IMG/VR virus record: IMGVR_UViG_3300034101_003554
Span: 77,042-141,041 of that record
From: a virus
Direction: 5' to 3' (one strand)
DNA length: 64,000 nucleotides
The translations under genes were made by a program, and so were the position numbers. Shown here one piece after another: positions 29,988 to 39,778 of the stretch. Each line of letters begins with the position of its first letter. The stretch's first letter is position 1. Below the pieces are notes generated by a model. It was not told the DNA's origin, made no database searches, and saw only the letters and a list, made by a program, of their open reading frames with translations.

Positions 29988-30564
29988 TTTTTTCTAAAAT
30001 TATTAATCCATTATTGTTTTCAAATTTTTCTATTAAAGTCCAATCTTCATTATCGTTTAGAAATTCATTAATTGCTGGTAGAATTCCTTTAGTGTTGGGT
30101 TCTTTAAATGTTTCACCAAATTCACCATAGGTTGTAGTATCGTGAAAAATTAAATACTTTTTTACTTTTTTTGAATGCAACCTCAACTCATTTTTCAATT
30201 GATTATATTCATGATACGTATCAATAAATAATAAATCAGTCTCTTCTATTATTTTCTCAAGAACATCTCCAGTATTGAATTCAAAACTTATATTTAATTC
30301 CTCACTTATTTTTTTAATTCTATTAATATTTTCTTCAACAATTGTTAGATTTAAACCTAATAATAAATCATAACAAACTAATTTTTCAGGATATCCGTAT
30401 AAAAATGCCCATGTTGATACAACATATCGAGTACCAAATTCAGTAATGTGCTTACATCTTTCAGCATATTTTTTTAAGGTTGGTAAATGTTCATTGATAT
30501 CTGATGGTTTATCACATAATTCATTAAAAATTTTATCAATTTCGTTCATATGAATATTTTTCAT
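29977..30564 (-). CDS. Class I SAM-dependent methyltransferase (Methyltransf_24-like)
   Basis: SDINEHLPTL, ITEFGTR, DLLFIDTYH, IFHDT. Confidence 0.75.
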   Translation of the reverse strand: MKNIHMNEIDKIFNELCDKPSDINEHLPTLKKYAERCKHITEFGTRYVVSTWAFLYGYPEKLVCYDLLLGLNLTIVEENINRIKKISEELNISFEFNTGDVLEKIIEETDLLFIDTYHEYNQLKNELRLHSKKVKKYLIFHDTTTYGEFGETFKEPNTKGILPAINEFLNDNEDWTLIEKFENNNGLIILEKNGK

Positions 30565-31231
30565 TTATATATTTATTTTCATTTATTTTTACGTCTTCAC
30601 TAATCTTCATTGTTATTTGATTTTTATGTTGAGTTACAAATACCAAATAATCATTAATAATATTAGGGTAACCAAATTTTTTTTCTAGTTTATAATAATA
30701 CTCACAATCCATCAACCATATTAAATTCTCATCAAACATTTCTAGTTCTTTATTTCTAAAGGTTAAAACTGAAGGACTACCAACTGTATTAATACCAAAT
30801 TTCACATTTTCAGTATATTTTGGAATCATATTTCCTTTAACATCATTTAATGATTTACCATAAAGACAACCATTCAACACCCAATTGGAACTTTTGTTAG
30901 ATAAAAAAAAATCATTTATTTTTTTTAAAGCATTTTCCATCATAAATTCGTCTTGTAATAATATTTTTATAATATCTCCTTTAGCGTGTTTCAAACCATT
31001 ATTTAAATTGGCTGAAGAGTTACCATAATTTTTATTGTAAGATATATAATTTATATTCAAATCATTATCATAATTCTTAACACAATTTTTTATAACATCA
31101 TCTTTACTATGGTCTGAAATAATAACTTCAAAATCATTTATTGATTGTTTTTTTAATTGGTTTAAACTTATTTTTAGGAAATTTTCACCATCCCCATACA
31201 TTTCATATGTTGGTATTACTACAGATATCAT
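30536..31231 (-). CDS. Glycosyltransferase GT2
   Basis: ISVVIPTY, EVIISDHS, NLNNGLKHAKGDIIKILLQDE. Confidence 0.85.
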   Translation of the reverse strand: MISVVIPTYEMYGDGENFLKISLNQLKKQSINDFEVIISDHSKDDVIKNCVKNYDNDLNINYISYNKNYGNSSANLNNGLKHAKGDIIKILLQDEFMMENALKKINDFFLSNKSSNWVLNGCLYGKSLNDVKGNMIPKYTENVKFGINTVGSPSVLTFRNKELEMFDENLIWLMDCEYYYKLEKKFGYPNIINDYLVFVTQHKNQITMKISEDVKINENKYINEKYSYERN

Positions 31232-31848
31232 TTACTTATTTTTTTTATGAAAAAGGCATCACCCCAGGTGTTACCAACCCAATCAACTTCAGCAAGTTCA
31301 AATCCAAAATTATTCAAAAATTGTTCTAGTTCATTTATTTTTGCACAATCTTTATAAAGTTCCGCTCTATTGACTTCACTAATAATATAATCAATTTTTT
31401 CTAAAACATTTTTAGCCCCACAAAAAACTTCAAGTTCGTATCCTTGGACATCAATATTAATAAAATTAAATTTTTCATAATCTATTTCAATATCATCAAG
31501 TTTTTTCATAATTACTTTCTCTTTTTTGTCAAAAGTAATATTCGGATATTGTTTTAAGTGTAATATAGGTTCTAATATTGATGATGATTGTCCTTTATTA
31601 TTTGATTCAACAAACATTTCAATTTCTTTATTTTCACAACCTAATGCCATATTGTATAATGTAGCATCATCATTTACATTATTTTTTAATTTCAAAAAAT
31701 TATCAGACAAGGGTTCAAAATAAATTATATTTTTAATTTCATTTTTTATATATAATTTATGTTCTTGACCATAATGAGCCCCAATGTGAATAATTCCTTT
31801 AATATTTAAATTATATTTTTTAATTATTTTTTCAAAATCTAATAACAT
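31228..31848 (-). CDS. FkbM-family methyltransferase
   Basis: IIHIGAHYGQE, FEP, NIDVQGYELEV, WGDAFF. Confidence 0.9.
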   Translation of the reverse strand: MLLDFEKIIKKYNLNIKGIIHIGAHYGQEHKLYIKNEIKNIIYFEPLSDNFLKLKNNVNDDATLYNMALGCENKEIEMFVESNNKGQSSSILEPILHLKQYPNITFDKKEKVIMKKLDDIEIDYEKFNFINIDVQGYELEVFCGAKNVLEKIDYIISEVNRAELYKDCAKINELEQFLNNFGFELAEVDWVGNTWGDAFFIKKISK

Positions 31849-32660
31849 ATAAGTTTTCCATTTTCAAAATTTACGTTTATTTTAATCCATTCTTTTTCAT
31901 ATATATTTTCTATATTTTTTTCACCTTGAGGCCCAAACCACAAACTTGGAAAATATATCTTTGAGTCATTGTATCTATTCAAATAAGCCCCCCACCAAGA
32001 AAATGTTGAGTTTGACATTATTAAATTTTTGAATAAGGAAATCAACCATAGTTCCTCATAATCTTCCAAACCCTTAACAATTGTAATATTATTAAAATTT
32101 AAATTTTTAACACACCATTCTTTATCATCAGAAACAACAAAAATGTTATCGTAGTCTTTTAAATTAATTAAACATTTTTCAATATAACTAATATCAATTG
32201 TTGGATGTATATTTGAGAATTTTAAATAATCTCCTCTTCTAATATGAATTATAACACTATTAGGATAAAAAACTTGTGGATAAATTAATTTAATCTTTTC
32301 TAAAAACTCTGTAGTTGGTGAAAATAAATCTTTGATTTTTTCATCAAAACCATAAAAATTTTTACTACTTTGGAAGTAACCTCTAAATTCTGTTGAATAT
32401 TTTGGAATAGGATTTATTTCTCTAAAATCCCAATCGGAAGTAACATATAAATCGGTAGATTCAAAATCTTCAAATTTTAAATTTCTGTAAATATTATCTA
32501 AATATTTGTTAGGTTGATACCCTTGTAAATTTGTATTTGATTTAGGTTTTAATTTATAGTCAATATTAAAACGTTTACTTTGAGCATAAACGTGAGCAAT
32601 TTGAAACATTTGATTACCTAAACCACCCATTAATTCTGTGGTAAAAAAAACTTTACTCAT
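31839..32660 (-). CDS. GT11 alpha-1,2-fucosyltransferase family protein
   Basis: GGLGNQMFQ, GYFQS, HIRRGDY, MSNSTFSWWGAYL. Confidence 0.92.
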   Translation of the reverse strand: MSKVFFTTELMGGLGNQMFQIAHVYAQSKRFNIDYKLKPKSNTNLQGYQPNKYLDNIYRNLKFEDFESTDLYVTSDWDFREINPIPKYSTEFRGYFQSSKNFYGFDEKIKDLFSPTTEFLEKIKLIYPQVFYPNSVIIHIRRGDYLKFSNIHPTIDISYIEKCLINLKDYDNIFVVSDDKEWCVKNLNFNNITIVKGLEDYEELWLISLFKNLIMSNSTFSWWGAYLNRYNDSKIYFPSLWFGPQGEKNIENIYEKEWIKINVNFENGKLICY

Positions 32661-33283
32661 TTAATTAACCAATTATAATCTACATTTCTATTCTGAATAT
32701 CTGAAAATCCAATTCTTTGTTTGGCTATTGCAGGATAGAAAGAATATACATTTTTATTTTTTTGTATTCCAGTATAACAAACATCTAAAGGTTCATTTGT
32801 TATATTCAGAATAAAATCTAACTCCTCAAATAAACTACGATTGATTGCAACAAAATGAGTCGAAAATGTGTGATGTAGTTTACAAACTTTTTCATTAATA
32901 ATTTGAGGAGGATTGACATTTACGTGTGTATTATGATTTCCCCCCATATATAACATATCCCAATCATTAGGTAGGTGTTTAAAATATTCATCAATATTTA
33001 GTACTTCCTCACTAAACATACAATCGTCCTCAATTATTAAAACATTATTGTATTTTTTTTGAATACATTCTTTAATTATTTTCAAATTACTTTCAATCAA
33101 ACCTTGTTCACTTGATTTTAATTGTCTTCTCGTGTTTTTAATATTATTACCATCTATTGCTTCAAAAACTTCAAATTCACCAAGATTAAATTTATTTACC
33201 TCTTCTGTAAATTCTTGTAATCTTTCAGGTCTTCTTTTAAGATTGATACAATAAACTTTGTCAAATCTGTCAAATAATTTCAT
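32657..33283 (-). CDS. GT25-family glycosyltransferase
   Basis: VYCINLKRRPER, FEAIDG, LIIEDD, WDMLYMG. Confidence 0.85.
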   Translation of the reverse strand: MKLFDRFDKVYCINLKRRPERLQEFTEEVNKFNLGEFEVFEAIDGNNIKNTRRQLKSSEQGLIESNLKIIKECIQKKYNNVLIIEDDCMFSEEVLNIDEYFKHLPNDWDMLYMGGNHNTHVNVNPPQIINEKVCKLHHTFSTHFVAINRSLFEELDFILNITNEPLDVCYTGIQKNKNVYSFYPAIAKQRIGFSDIQNRNVDYNWLIK

Positions 33284-33849
33284 TAGTGTCTAACATTATA
33301 CATTACTTCAGGAGTAATTACAAATTTATTTGATTGTTTTTTAAGTTCTGTCAAAAAATCAAAATCTTCACCATCTCTGTTTTGAGAAAAAAACAACTCC
33401 TTAAAAATAGTTTTTTTGTAACAGAAAGAAATACCAACTGTTGCAAATTTTAATTCATTTAAATGAAATGGGGGTAAAACTAAGCCATTTTCATATGCCA
33501 TTCTCCAAACAACAAAATCATACTTATTATATTTTTCAAATAATATTTTTACATAATTTTTGTCAATACTATCATCATCATCCAAAAAACCAATCCATTC
33601 AGTATCAACTAATTTTATACCTTCATTACGTACTAAACCTGATTGACCATTGTTAGGTCCGATTAAGCCTGTTTTTTCTATTTTAATTGTTTTGACTCTA
33701 TCATCATCAAATGATTCACCATCTACACCATCATAAACAACAATAGCTTTCCAATTTGGCACAGATTGTTGTACTAAAGATTCTATAGTTCTTTTAAGTG
33801 TTGGTCTATTTAATGATGGTATTATAAATGTTATATTATTCTCAATCAT
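33283..33849 (-). CDS. Glycosyltransferase GT2
   Basis: ITFIIPS, VRNEGI, WIGFLDDDD, GEDFDF. Confidence 0.85.
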   Translation of the reverse strand: MIENNITFIIPSLNRPTLKRTIESLVQQSVPNWKAIVVYDGVDGESFDDDRVKTIKIEKTGLIGPNNGQSGLVRNEGIKLVDTEWIGFLDDDDSIDKNYVKILFEKYNKYDFVVWRMAYENGLVLPPFHLNELKFATVGISFCYKKTIFKELFFSQNRDGEDFDFLTELKKQSNKFVITPEVMYNVRH

Positions 33850-33850
33850 A

Positions 33851-35362
33851 TTATTGTGTAAATAAAATTTTATCTTTTAATTTCATTAAATTTTTCTTAA
33901 TAAATGGCGTTAAAGTTTGATTAAAGTCATATTTAATCACTTTCATATTACCCTCAACATATCTGGTTTTACTTTCGTAATGATAGGCGGTATGTGTTCC
34001 TACGTTATAATTTTCAAAACCTATAAGTAATAATTTTAGATTTAATTCAACATCTTCAAAACAATCAATATATTCCTCATTAAACATACCAATTTGTCTA
34101 AATGTATTTGTATTAATCATCATTAATCCCGCAGTATTTCCAATACACTTTGTAATATCTTTATTAAAATTATAATATGACCATCTATTACGATTAACAA
34201 TAGTAAGTCCCATATTTGATAATTTAAGTCCAACTAAAATTCCATCGTGTTGAATAGTATTGTCATCATAATGTAGTCTGCAACCAACAGTACCAACTTT
34301 TGGTTTAGTATTATAAACATTTAACATTCCACTAATAACATCAGAAGTAAGTTTAATATCATTATTACTGAATAAAATATACTGATGTGTTTTATCTAAA
34401 TGATTTTTAACAACATCATTGTTTATCTTTGCAAAATTATAATAATCATATTTGATTAATTTTATATTATCCAAACTATTAACCAATTCTTCAATTACAT
34501 TAATTTCTTCCTCAGTTGAACCAGTGTCAGCAATAAAGATATCAAATAATTTAGGATTACAATATTCATAAAAAGAATCAATACATTGAATTAACAATTC
34601 TATATTACCCTTTGTTGGTATAATTACCCCAACTTTACCTTTTAATTTAACATCTTTAATTTTGACTTTAGGAGTATAAATTGATGTTGGTTTTAAATCC
34701 AAAGGTAATACATCTTTATATTTTTCAACAAACTTAATTTTACTATCAAAGAATTCCTGATTAGGTTGTCCCACAGATTCGTGAGTTATTTCAAATGAAG
34801 ATGTGACCCCAATTTTAATTCCATCCAAATAGTTTGGAACACAAAATCCGTGGTCATAAAAATGGAATTTACCAATTGTTTCATCAAACTTATGTTTAAT
34901 TTTTGTCTTATCAAATGATATAAATAACCCATCAATAGTAACAACAGGAATTATAAATGGAAGTTTTGGTGAATAGTTATTAATCCACTTCTTTTGTCCT
35001 TCAGGATGATGCCAAACTTGACCAACCATAGTTAAATTCATTCTCTCCCAATAAACTCCTGATTCAGGAAAATAACAAGAACCAGCCTTCCCAATTACCC
35101 CAAATTCGGAGTAATTGGAATAGTCCTCCAATAATTTTTTACCCCAATTTTTTTCAAGTTTAATATCATTATGACAACAAACAACGATGTCATATATTGA
35201 TTCCGTTATTCCACTATTGTAAACTTCGGCCAAAGAATATTGATTATTATTTTGGTATTCCAATATCTGAACGTCATTAAGACCCACACTAGTTTGAAGG
35301 TGGGTCTTAAATTTTTCGTTATATTCTTTATCTTTGTGTGTTGAGTAAATTATTGTTATCAT
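33851..35362 (-). CDS. Two-domain GT2-type glycosyltransferase
   Basis: N-domain YNSG..VCCHNDI..FHFYD; C-domain VIIPTK, IADTGS, NFAKINN, LFSNNDI, FEDVELNL, HYESKTR. Confidence 0.85.
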   Translation of the reverse strand: MITIIYSTHKDKEYNEKFKTHLQTSVGLNDVQILEYQNNNQYSLAEVYNSGITESIYDIVVCCHNDIKLEKNWGKKLLEDYSNYSEFGVIGKAGSCYFPESGVYWERMNLTMVGQVWHHPEGQKKWINNYSPKLPFIIPVVTIDGLFISFDKTKIKHKFDETIGKFHFYDHGFCVPNYLDGIKIGVTSSFEITHESVGQPNQEFFDSKIKFVEKYKDVLPLDLKPTSIYTPKVKIKDVKLKGKVGVIIPTKGNIELLIQCIDSFYEYCNPKLFDIFIADTGSTEEEINVIEELVNSLDNIKLIKYDYYNFAKINNDVVKNHLDKTHQYILFSNNDIKLTSDVISGMLNVYNTKPKVGTVGCRLHYDDNTIQHDGILVGLKLSNMGLTIVNRNRWSYYNFNKDITKCIGNTAGLMMINTNTFRQIGMFNEEYIDCFEDVELNLKLLLIGFENYNVGTHTAYHYESKTRYVEGNMKVIKYDFNQTLTPFIKKNLMKLKDKILFTQ

Positions 35363-35949
35363 ATTCCAGTTGAGCCAAATCCATTTGAGTTTCTATCTTT
35401 ATCTTCAATATTTGAAACTTCTTCAAAGTTAATCCATTTCCCATTAAGAACAGGACAAACAACCGCTTGAGCAATTTTCATTCCTTTTGATATTTGATAT
35501 GGATATTGATTTGTATTAAATATAATAACTTTTATCATACCATTATATCCACTATCAATAGTTCCTGGAGAGTTTAAAACCATAAGACCTTCATTTATTG
35601 CCAAACCACTTTTTGTTCTAATTTGGATTTCATATCCATCTGATATGTCAAAATAAAGTCCAGTTGGAATTAAAGCCCTACCAAGAGGTTCAATTGTCAT
35701 ATCAATGGTTGAATACAAATCAAACCCTGAATCTGTTGGGTAATTATAAATGGGGTGATTAATTGCTATATCGTCACGTTTAAATCTCAATAATAGTCTA
35801 GGGTCAGGATTCATCATTTTATCTTCTAATTCCTGTAAATCCAATCCAGCTTCATTAAACAATCTATCTAAGTCAATTTCACCATTTTCGTCAGTGTTTA
35901 AGTTTCCTTGTAGTTTTTTTATATTTCCATATAATTCAAATAAATCCAT
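35359..35949 (-). CDS. dut: Trimeric dUTPase with an acidic N-terminal extension
   Basis: SGFDL, KSGLA, GTIDSGYNG, IAQAV, RNSNGFGSTG. Confidence 0.92.
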   Translation of the reverse strand: MDLFELYGNIKKLQGNLNTDENGEIDLDRLFNEAGLDLQELEDKMMNPDPRLLLRFKRDDIAINHPIYNYPTDSGFDLYSTIDMTIEPLGRALIPTGLYFDISDGYEIQIRTKSGLAINEGLMVLNSPGTIDSGYNGMIKVIIFNTNQYPYQISKGMKIAQAVVCPVLNGKWINFEEVSNIEDKDRNSNGFGSTGI

Positions 35950-35950
35950 A

Positions 35951-36661
35951 CTATTTCAATTCTTTTAATTTTTTAATTATTTCTATTAATACATTTACAT
36001 CTTTTTCACAATATTCTTTTATTCCTTCCAAGTTTTGTTTTTCCCAATATTCATTATGAACATTCTGACCAATTACTTCACCATTCTTTGGTGTCTCAAC
36101 TCCAATATTTGAACATAACAAATCCAAAGAACCAATAGATGTATAAGCACCATATTGCCAAATTTCTTTGGTATCAATGGCTTTTATTTCCCAAGGTTTG
36201 GTATCATAAGAAGGTAATATTGATGGTGGCATTAAACCATTGATAATCATACGTTTTGCCAACATTGGAATGTCAAAATTTTTGAGGTTATGACCACACA
36301 ACCAAAAATCAAGTTTCCCACATTTAATTAATAATTTTTGAACATCTAACAAAAGTTTATGTTCGTCATTACCATAAAATGTTTGTTTTCTAACTGATTC
36401 ATCATCCAAGACAAATGCAAAACTTATACAGATAATTTTAGCAAACTCAGGTACAAGTCCAGTTCTTGTTCTAAAGACATCATTTTTTTTGTCGTATTGA
36501 ATATGAGAATCTTCAGGAAATCTTTTTAAGAACCAATCAAAATATTTATCAAATTGGTCAGCAACAGATGGATTCAATGTTGAACATACATCATAGTTTG
36601 GACAACACCCAACGGTTTCAATGTCCATAAAAAGAATCTTAGTTATTGGTTGTTTAATCAT
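35951..36661 (-). CDS. Stand-alone 3'-5' exonuclease (PolB-exo-like, DEDDy)
   Basis: FMDIET, GHNLKNFDIP, YCEKDV. Confidence 0.85.
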   Translation of the reverse strand: MIKQPITKILFMDIETVGCCPNYDVCSTLNPSVADQFDKYFDWFLKRFPEDSHIQYDKKNDVFRTRTGLVPEFAKIICISFAFVLDDESVRKQTFYGNDEHKLLLDVQKLLIKCGKLDFWLCGHNLKNFDIPMLAKRMIINGLMPPSILPSYDTKPWEIKAIDTKEIWQYGAYTSIGSLDLLCSNIGVETPKNGEVIGQNVHNEYWEKQNLEGIKEYCEKDVNVLIEIIKKLKELK

Positions 36662-36665
36662 AATT

Positions 36666-37880
36666 TTATTTTATTAATGTTTTGTACCATTCAGCTCTAG
36701 TCTTAGTTACATTTCTTAAATCGTACTTGTCTTTAACACTCTCGTACAATCTTTCCCCAAGGTCGGTAATATAATTGGGATTATAAACTAAAGTCTTAAT
36801 ATATTTTGCCCAATCACTATGATTTCTATTTTCATGAACCAAAAGAGCATTACCATCACCAAAAATACCATTTTTCATTGTATGTTTCAAATCAATAGTG
36901 TAAGGACCTACTTCAGATGCAATTAAAGCTTTTTTATAAAATCCAGCCTCAATAACTTTTAATTGTGACTTAACCCTATTAAAAATATGGTTTTTAATTG
37001 GGGCCATTGAAATATCAAACTTGGAATAATTTGTTGCGTAAGTATTAATATGTTTTGTCCAAACACGTCTATAAGGTAATGCTGTTGGATTTGGATATTC
37101 TTCATCTTTAAATTGATTTAAAAAGTTTTTATAACCTTCGTCAATAATTGAATAATTGTTTGTGAAAATTTCTTCATATCTAACCCATACAGTTTCTTCA
37201 GGTTTAATTGGCCTTTGTTTTCTTTCCCCAGTTGTTTGGTTTATTTCAGTCACCGAACCTCTAATATCAAAACCACATAAGACATATTGAACTTTGTCTT
37301 TCAAATTTGCATTCTTACCAACAAATCCCTCCAATAACTTTAAGTCGTGAAGATGTGAAGAACCACCTAACCATCCAACTCTAACTCTTCCAGATTCTTC
37401 TGTAGGTTGATTAAATTGGGGTTCGGTAGGGTTAATTGCATTAGGTAATACCACAACATTCCTATTTAATTTTCTTATCTCATCCGCAAAGATACTTGTA
37501 GTTGTTGTAACATAACTTGCGACTTTTAAGTTCGCCATAATCTTTTCGTGTATCTTATCTTGAACAATCAATGAATGTATTGGGTGTTCTTTTCCAGGTA
37601 GCCAATAATCATCCAAATCTACAATAACAACAATACCAAGTGATTTTAAAAAATTAATTAAGGTTGGGGTCTGTTCATAAGTGTGTCCAATATTTCTATG
37701 AATATGAACAATTTGATATTGTTTCCAATAATTAACATTATTAATCTGTGGTTGATAATCTATATCCACATGAAAGTCATCTGGATACATATTTTGTAAC
37801 ATAACATGGGGATCTACAGAACGAAATTTTCCTACACCGGTTGTGTCACTTGGGAGTACAAGTACTTTTATTTTTGACAT
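36666..37880 (-). CDS. GT-B glycosyltransferase
   Basis: VDLDDYW, VLPNAI, VGWLGGSSHLHDL, DISMAP..FNRVKSQLKVIEAG. Confidence 0.8.
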   Translation of the reverse strand: MSKIKVLVLPSDTTGVGKFRSVDPHVMLQNMYPDDFHVDIDYQPQINNVNYWKQYQIVHIHRNIGHTYEQTPTLINFLKSLGIVVIVDLDDYWLPGKEHPIHSLIVQDKIHEKIMANLKVASYVTTTTSIFADEIRKLNRNVVVLPNAINPTEPQFNQPTEESGRVRVGWLGGSSHLHDLKLLEGFVGKNANLKDKVQYVLCGFDIRGSVTEINQTTGERKQRPIKPEETVWVRYEEIFTNNYSIIDEGYKNFLNQFKDEEYPNPTALPYRRVWTKHINTYATNYSKFDISMAPIKNHIFNRVKSQLKVIEAGFYKKALIASEVGPYTIDLKHTMKNGIFGDGNALLVHENRNHSDWAKYIKTLVYNPNYITDLGERLYESVKDKYDLRNVTKTRAEWYKTLIK

Positions 37881-37942
37881 ATTTTATATTATTTATCCCA
37901 AATTATAACCATAACTTTTTATTAATTCAATAGAATTGGAAT

Positions 37943-37988
37943 AAAAAAACGAAACCCCACACTTTGAATTTCTTCAGGGAATGTGGGG
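37943..37988 (-). terminator. Terminator-like hairpin between the 38-40.6 kb unit and the glycan operon
   Basis: CCCCACA.CTTTGAA-loop-TTCAGGG..TGTGGGG, with a T-rich tail on the minus strand. Confidence 0.6.
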
Positions 37989-38013
37989 AATAAGAATTTT
38001 AAATTTATAAAAT

Positions 38014-38634
38014 CTATTTAACTTTTTTAATACGAGTTACTTTACCTTCAAATATATGACTACCTACTCTAAATTGAAATACATCATTTGATTTACTTGT
38101 ACTTTCAACTAGTAACCCATTTTCACCTAACACTTCCTCAATAGTTTCTCTAATCATATCTTTCAATGTATTCTTATCAACATTTAAACCAGTATTTTGA
38201 GGTTTTGTATATTCTTGGATTGGTTGTTTTTGTTTTTTAAATGGGTCAACATTATTAGCGACATCATTTTTCATTAACCTTGATGCTTTTTCAATTAAAT
38301 CATTACTTAATACTGAAGAACCACCCATACTTGTTGGTTGAGCTATTGGGTGTTCAATCATTAAACGTTTAATTTCATCAGGTAATTTTGATGCCATTAT
38401 TCTATCCTTAGTTGGAACTTCATTATTTTGTCTAATTGGTGTTTGAGCTTCCATCATATATTCTTGAGGAATATTAAATTTTGCTTGAGGTACGTCAAAC
38501 TCTTTAACATCAGTATCGTAATTATACGTTTGTTGGTTTGTATTTCTTGGTGTGGCGTTATGTCTATCCATAATTTTTTTGGATATTGCCAATTTATTTA
38601 ATAAATCATTTTCATTCATATTATTCTGTATCAA
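38014..38634 (-). CDS. Hypothetical protein
   Basis: 206-aa ORF; contains MIRETIEEVL and LLVES motifs. Confidence 0.7.
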   Translation of the reverse strand: MIQNNMNENDLLNKLAISKKIMDRHNATPRNTNQQTYNYDTDVKEFDVPQAKFNIPQEYMMEAQTPIRQNNEVPTKDRIMASKLPDEIKRLMIEHPIAQPTSMGGSSVLSNDLIEKASRLMKNDVANNVDPFKKQKQPIQEYTKPQNTGLNVDKNTLKDMIRETIEEVLGENGLLVESTSKSNDVFQFRVGSHIFEGKVTRIKKVK

Positions 38635-39010
38635 ATTTTGCGTTTATTTCTACCCTAGACATAGATTTATCACCATTAGGGTTATAATTTGGTCTTGGGG
38701 TGTTAAATTTTTCACCTGTTAAAGATATTGAATTTACTCTATCAAGTCTAAATAATCTCCAACTAGGTAGTGGTTTTTTTCCAATAAAATCTCTATGTGA
38801 TGCTCCAGTTATATCCCAAGCACGTAGTACGGGATTTCCAGCTTTACTATAACCAAAACAAACAGGCTCAATTTCACGTAAACCACGTCCTCCAGGTTCA
38901 TCACCATCGTAATAAATGACAAGAACATTTTTAGACTTAATAGCATCAATCACACTTTCAATAGATGCTATTTCTAAGATAAGAGATTTGGTTATATTGT
39001 AAAGTTTCAT
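38621..39010 (-). CDS. Stand-alone WYL-domain-like protein
   Basis: IYY...REIEPVCFG......LRAWD...WRLFRLDRV matches the WYL pattern (R.iEP...yl.a....R.FRlDRI). Confidence 0.75.
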   Translation of the reverse strand: MKLYNITKSLILEIASIESVIDAIKSKNVLVIYYDGDEPGGRGLREIEPVCFGYSKAGNPVLRAWDITGASHRDFIGKKPLPSWRLFRLDRVNSISLTGEKFNTPRPNYNPNGDKSMSRVEINAKFDTE

Positions 39011-39306
39011 TAAGCACTTGGTGTTGTGTAAGGTGAATTTGGTTTGTATGGATTTCTAACAATATTAGAATTTCTTTCTAAGATATCTTTAGATGACCCA
39101 GCATTTCTATTGTTCACGTCTAAATCTCCACCAGTTCCTTTACCATATAAATCCCCATCACCTATTGCGTCTGGGTTTGTTGCCGAATATTCATTAGCGT
39201 TACTTTTGTAATCATTTCTAGTATTTAATGTATTTCTTTGACTATTGGCAATTTCGGTTAATTTATTATTTGGTTGTGTAATAATTAATGGATCGTAAGT
39301 TGGCAT
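39010..39306 (-). CDS. Hypothetical protein, 98 aa
   Basis: Coupled ORF, N/G/D-rich. Confidence 0.7.
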   Translation of the reverse strand: MPTYDPLIITQPNNKLTEIANSQRNTLNTRNDYKSNANEYSATNPDAIGDGDLYGKGTGGDLDVNNRNAGSSKDILERNSNIVRNPYKPNSPYTTPSA

Positions 39307-39307
39307 A

Positions 39308-39778
39308 TTAAAGTATTTTTTTAATTATTTCATTTATCCTTTTTAAGTCTTCGGTGACTTGTAAATTATATTTTTCTAATGTATTGCTATGACTTTTTGA
39401 TGGTCTATTCATATTTGATAAGTTATCTTTTTGATGTGGTGCGTTGTATTGATTAGGTAAAACAATCGATTTTATTTCTTTACCTAAATCTACATTATTT
39501 CTCATTGAATTTAAATTTTGGTTAACCCAATTTTTAACATAATGCCCACCATTAAGAATAAATGGTAAATCGTTATCATTTCCTGTAAAATTATCAAAAA
39601 AATTTTTCATTCTTTTGAGTTGTTGATACGTTACGTGTCTACTATTTCTTAATTCAATGTTTCGTCTGTACCCTTCAGTTTTATCATTACTACCTTGGGC
39701 GGCATCATAACATTGTTTTAAGTAGCCAACAACTTCTTCAGGGAGCTCAATTTTTTTACCGTATAAATCTTTATTCAC
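39308..39778 (-). CDS. Hypothetical protein
   Basis: 156 aa; C-terminal VTEDLKRINEIIKKIL. Confidence 0.7.
   Translation of the reverse strand: MNKDLYGKKIELPEEVVGYLKQCYDAAQGSNDKTEGYRRNIELRNSRHVTYQQLKRMKNFFDNFTGNDNDLPFILNGGHYVKNWVNQNLNSMRNNVDLGKEIKSIVLPNQYNAPHQKDNLSNMNRPSKSHSNTLEKYNLQVTEDLKRINEIIKKIL

Noticed and set aside
35860-35900. EF-hand-like NTDENGEIDLDR in the dUTPase extension
   Set aside because: Lacks the position-1 Asp and position-12 Glu; single unpaired motif
22334-37880. Bacterial O-antigen/capsule locus, suggesting a host-phage chimera or prophage boundary
   Set aside because: No flippase, polymerase or priming transferase; genes are coupled to phage-type phoH, dut, sigma and spike genes, with phage genes on both sides; no integrase or att site seen
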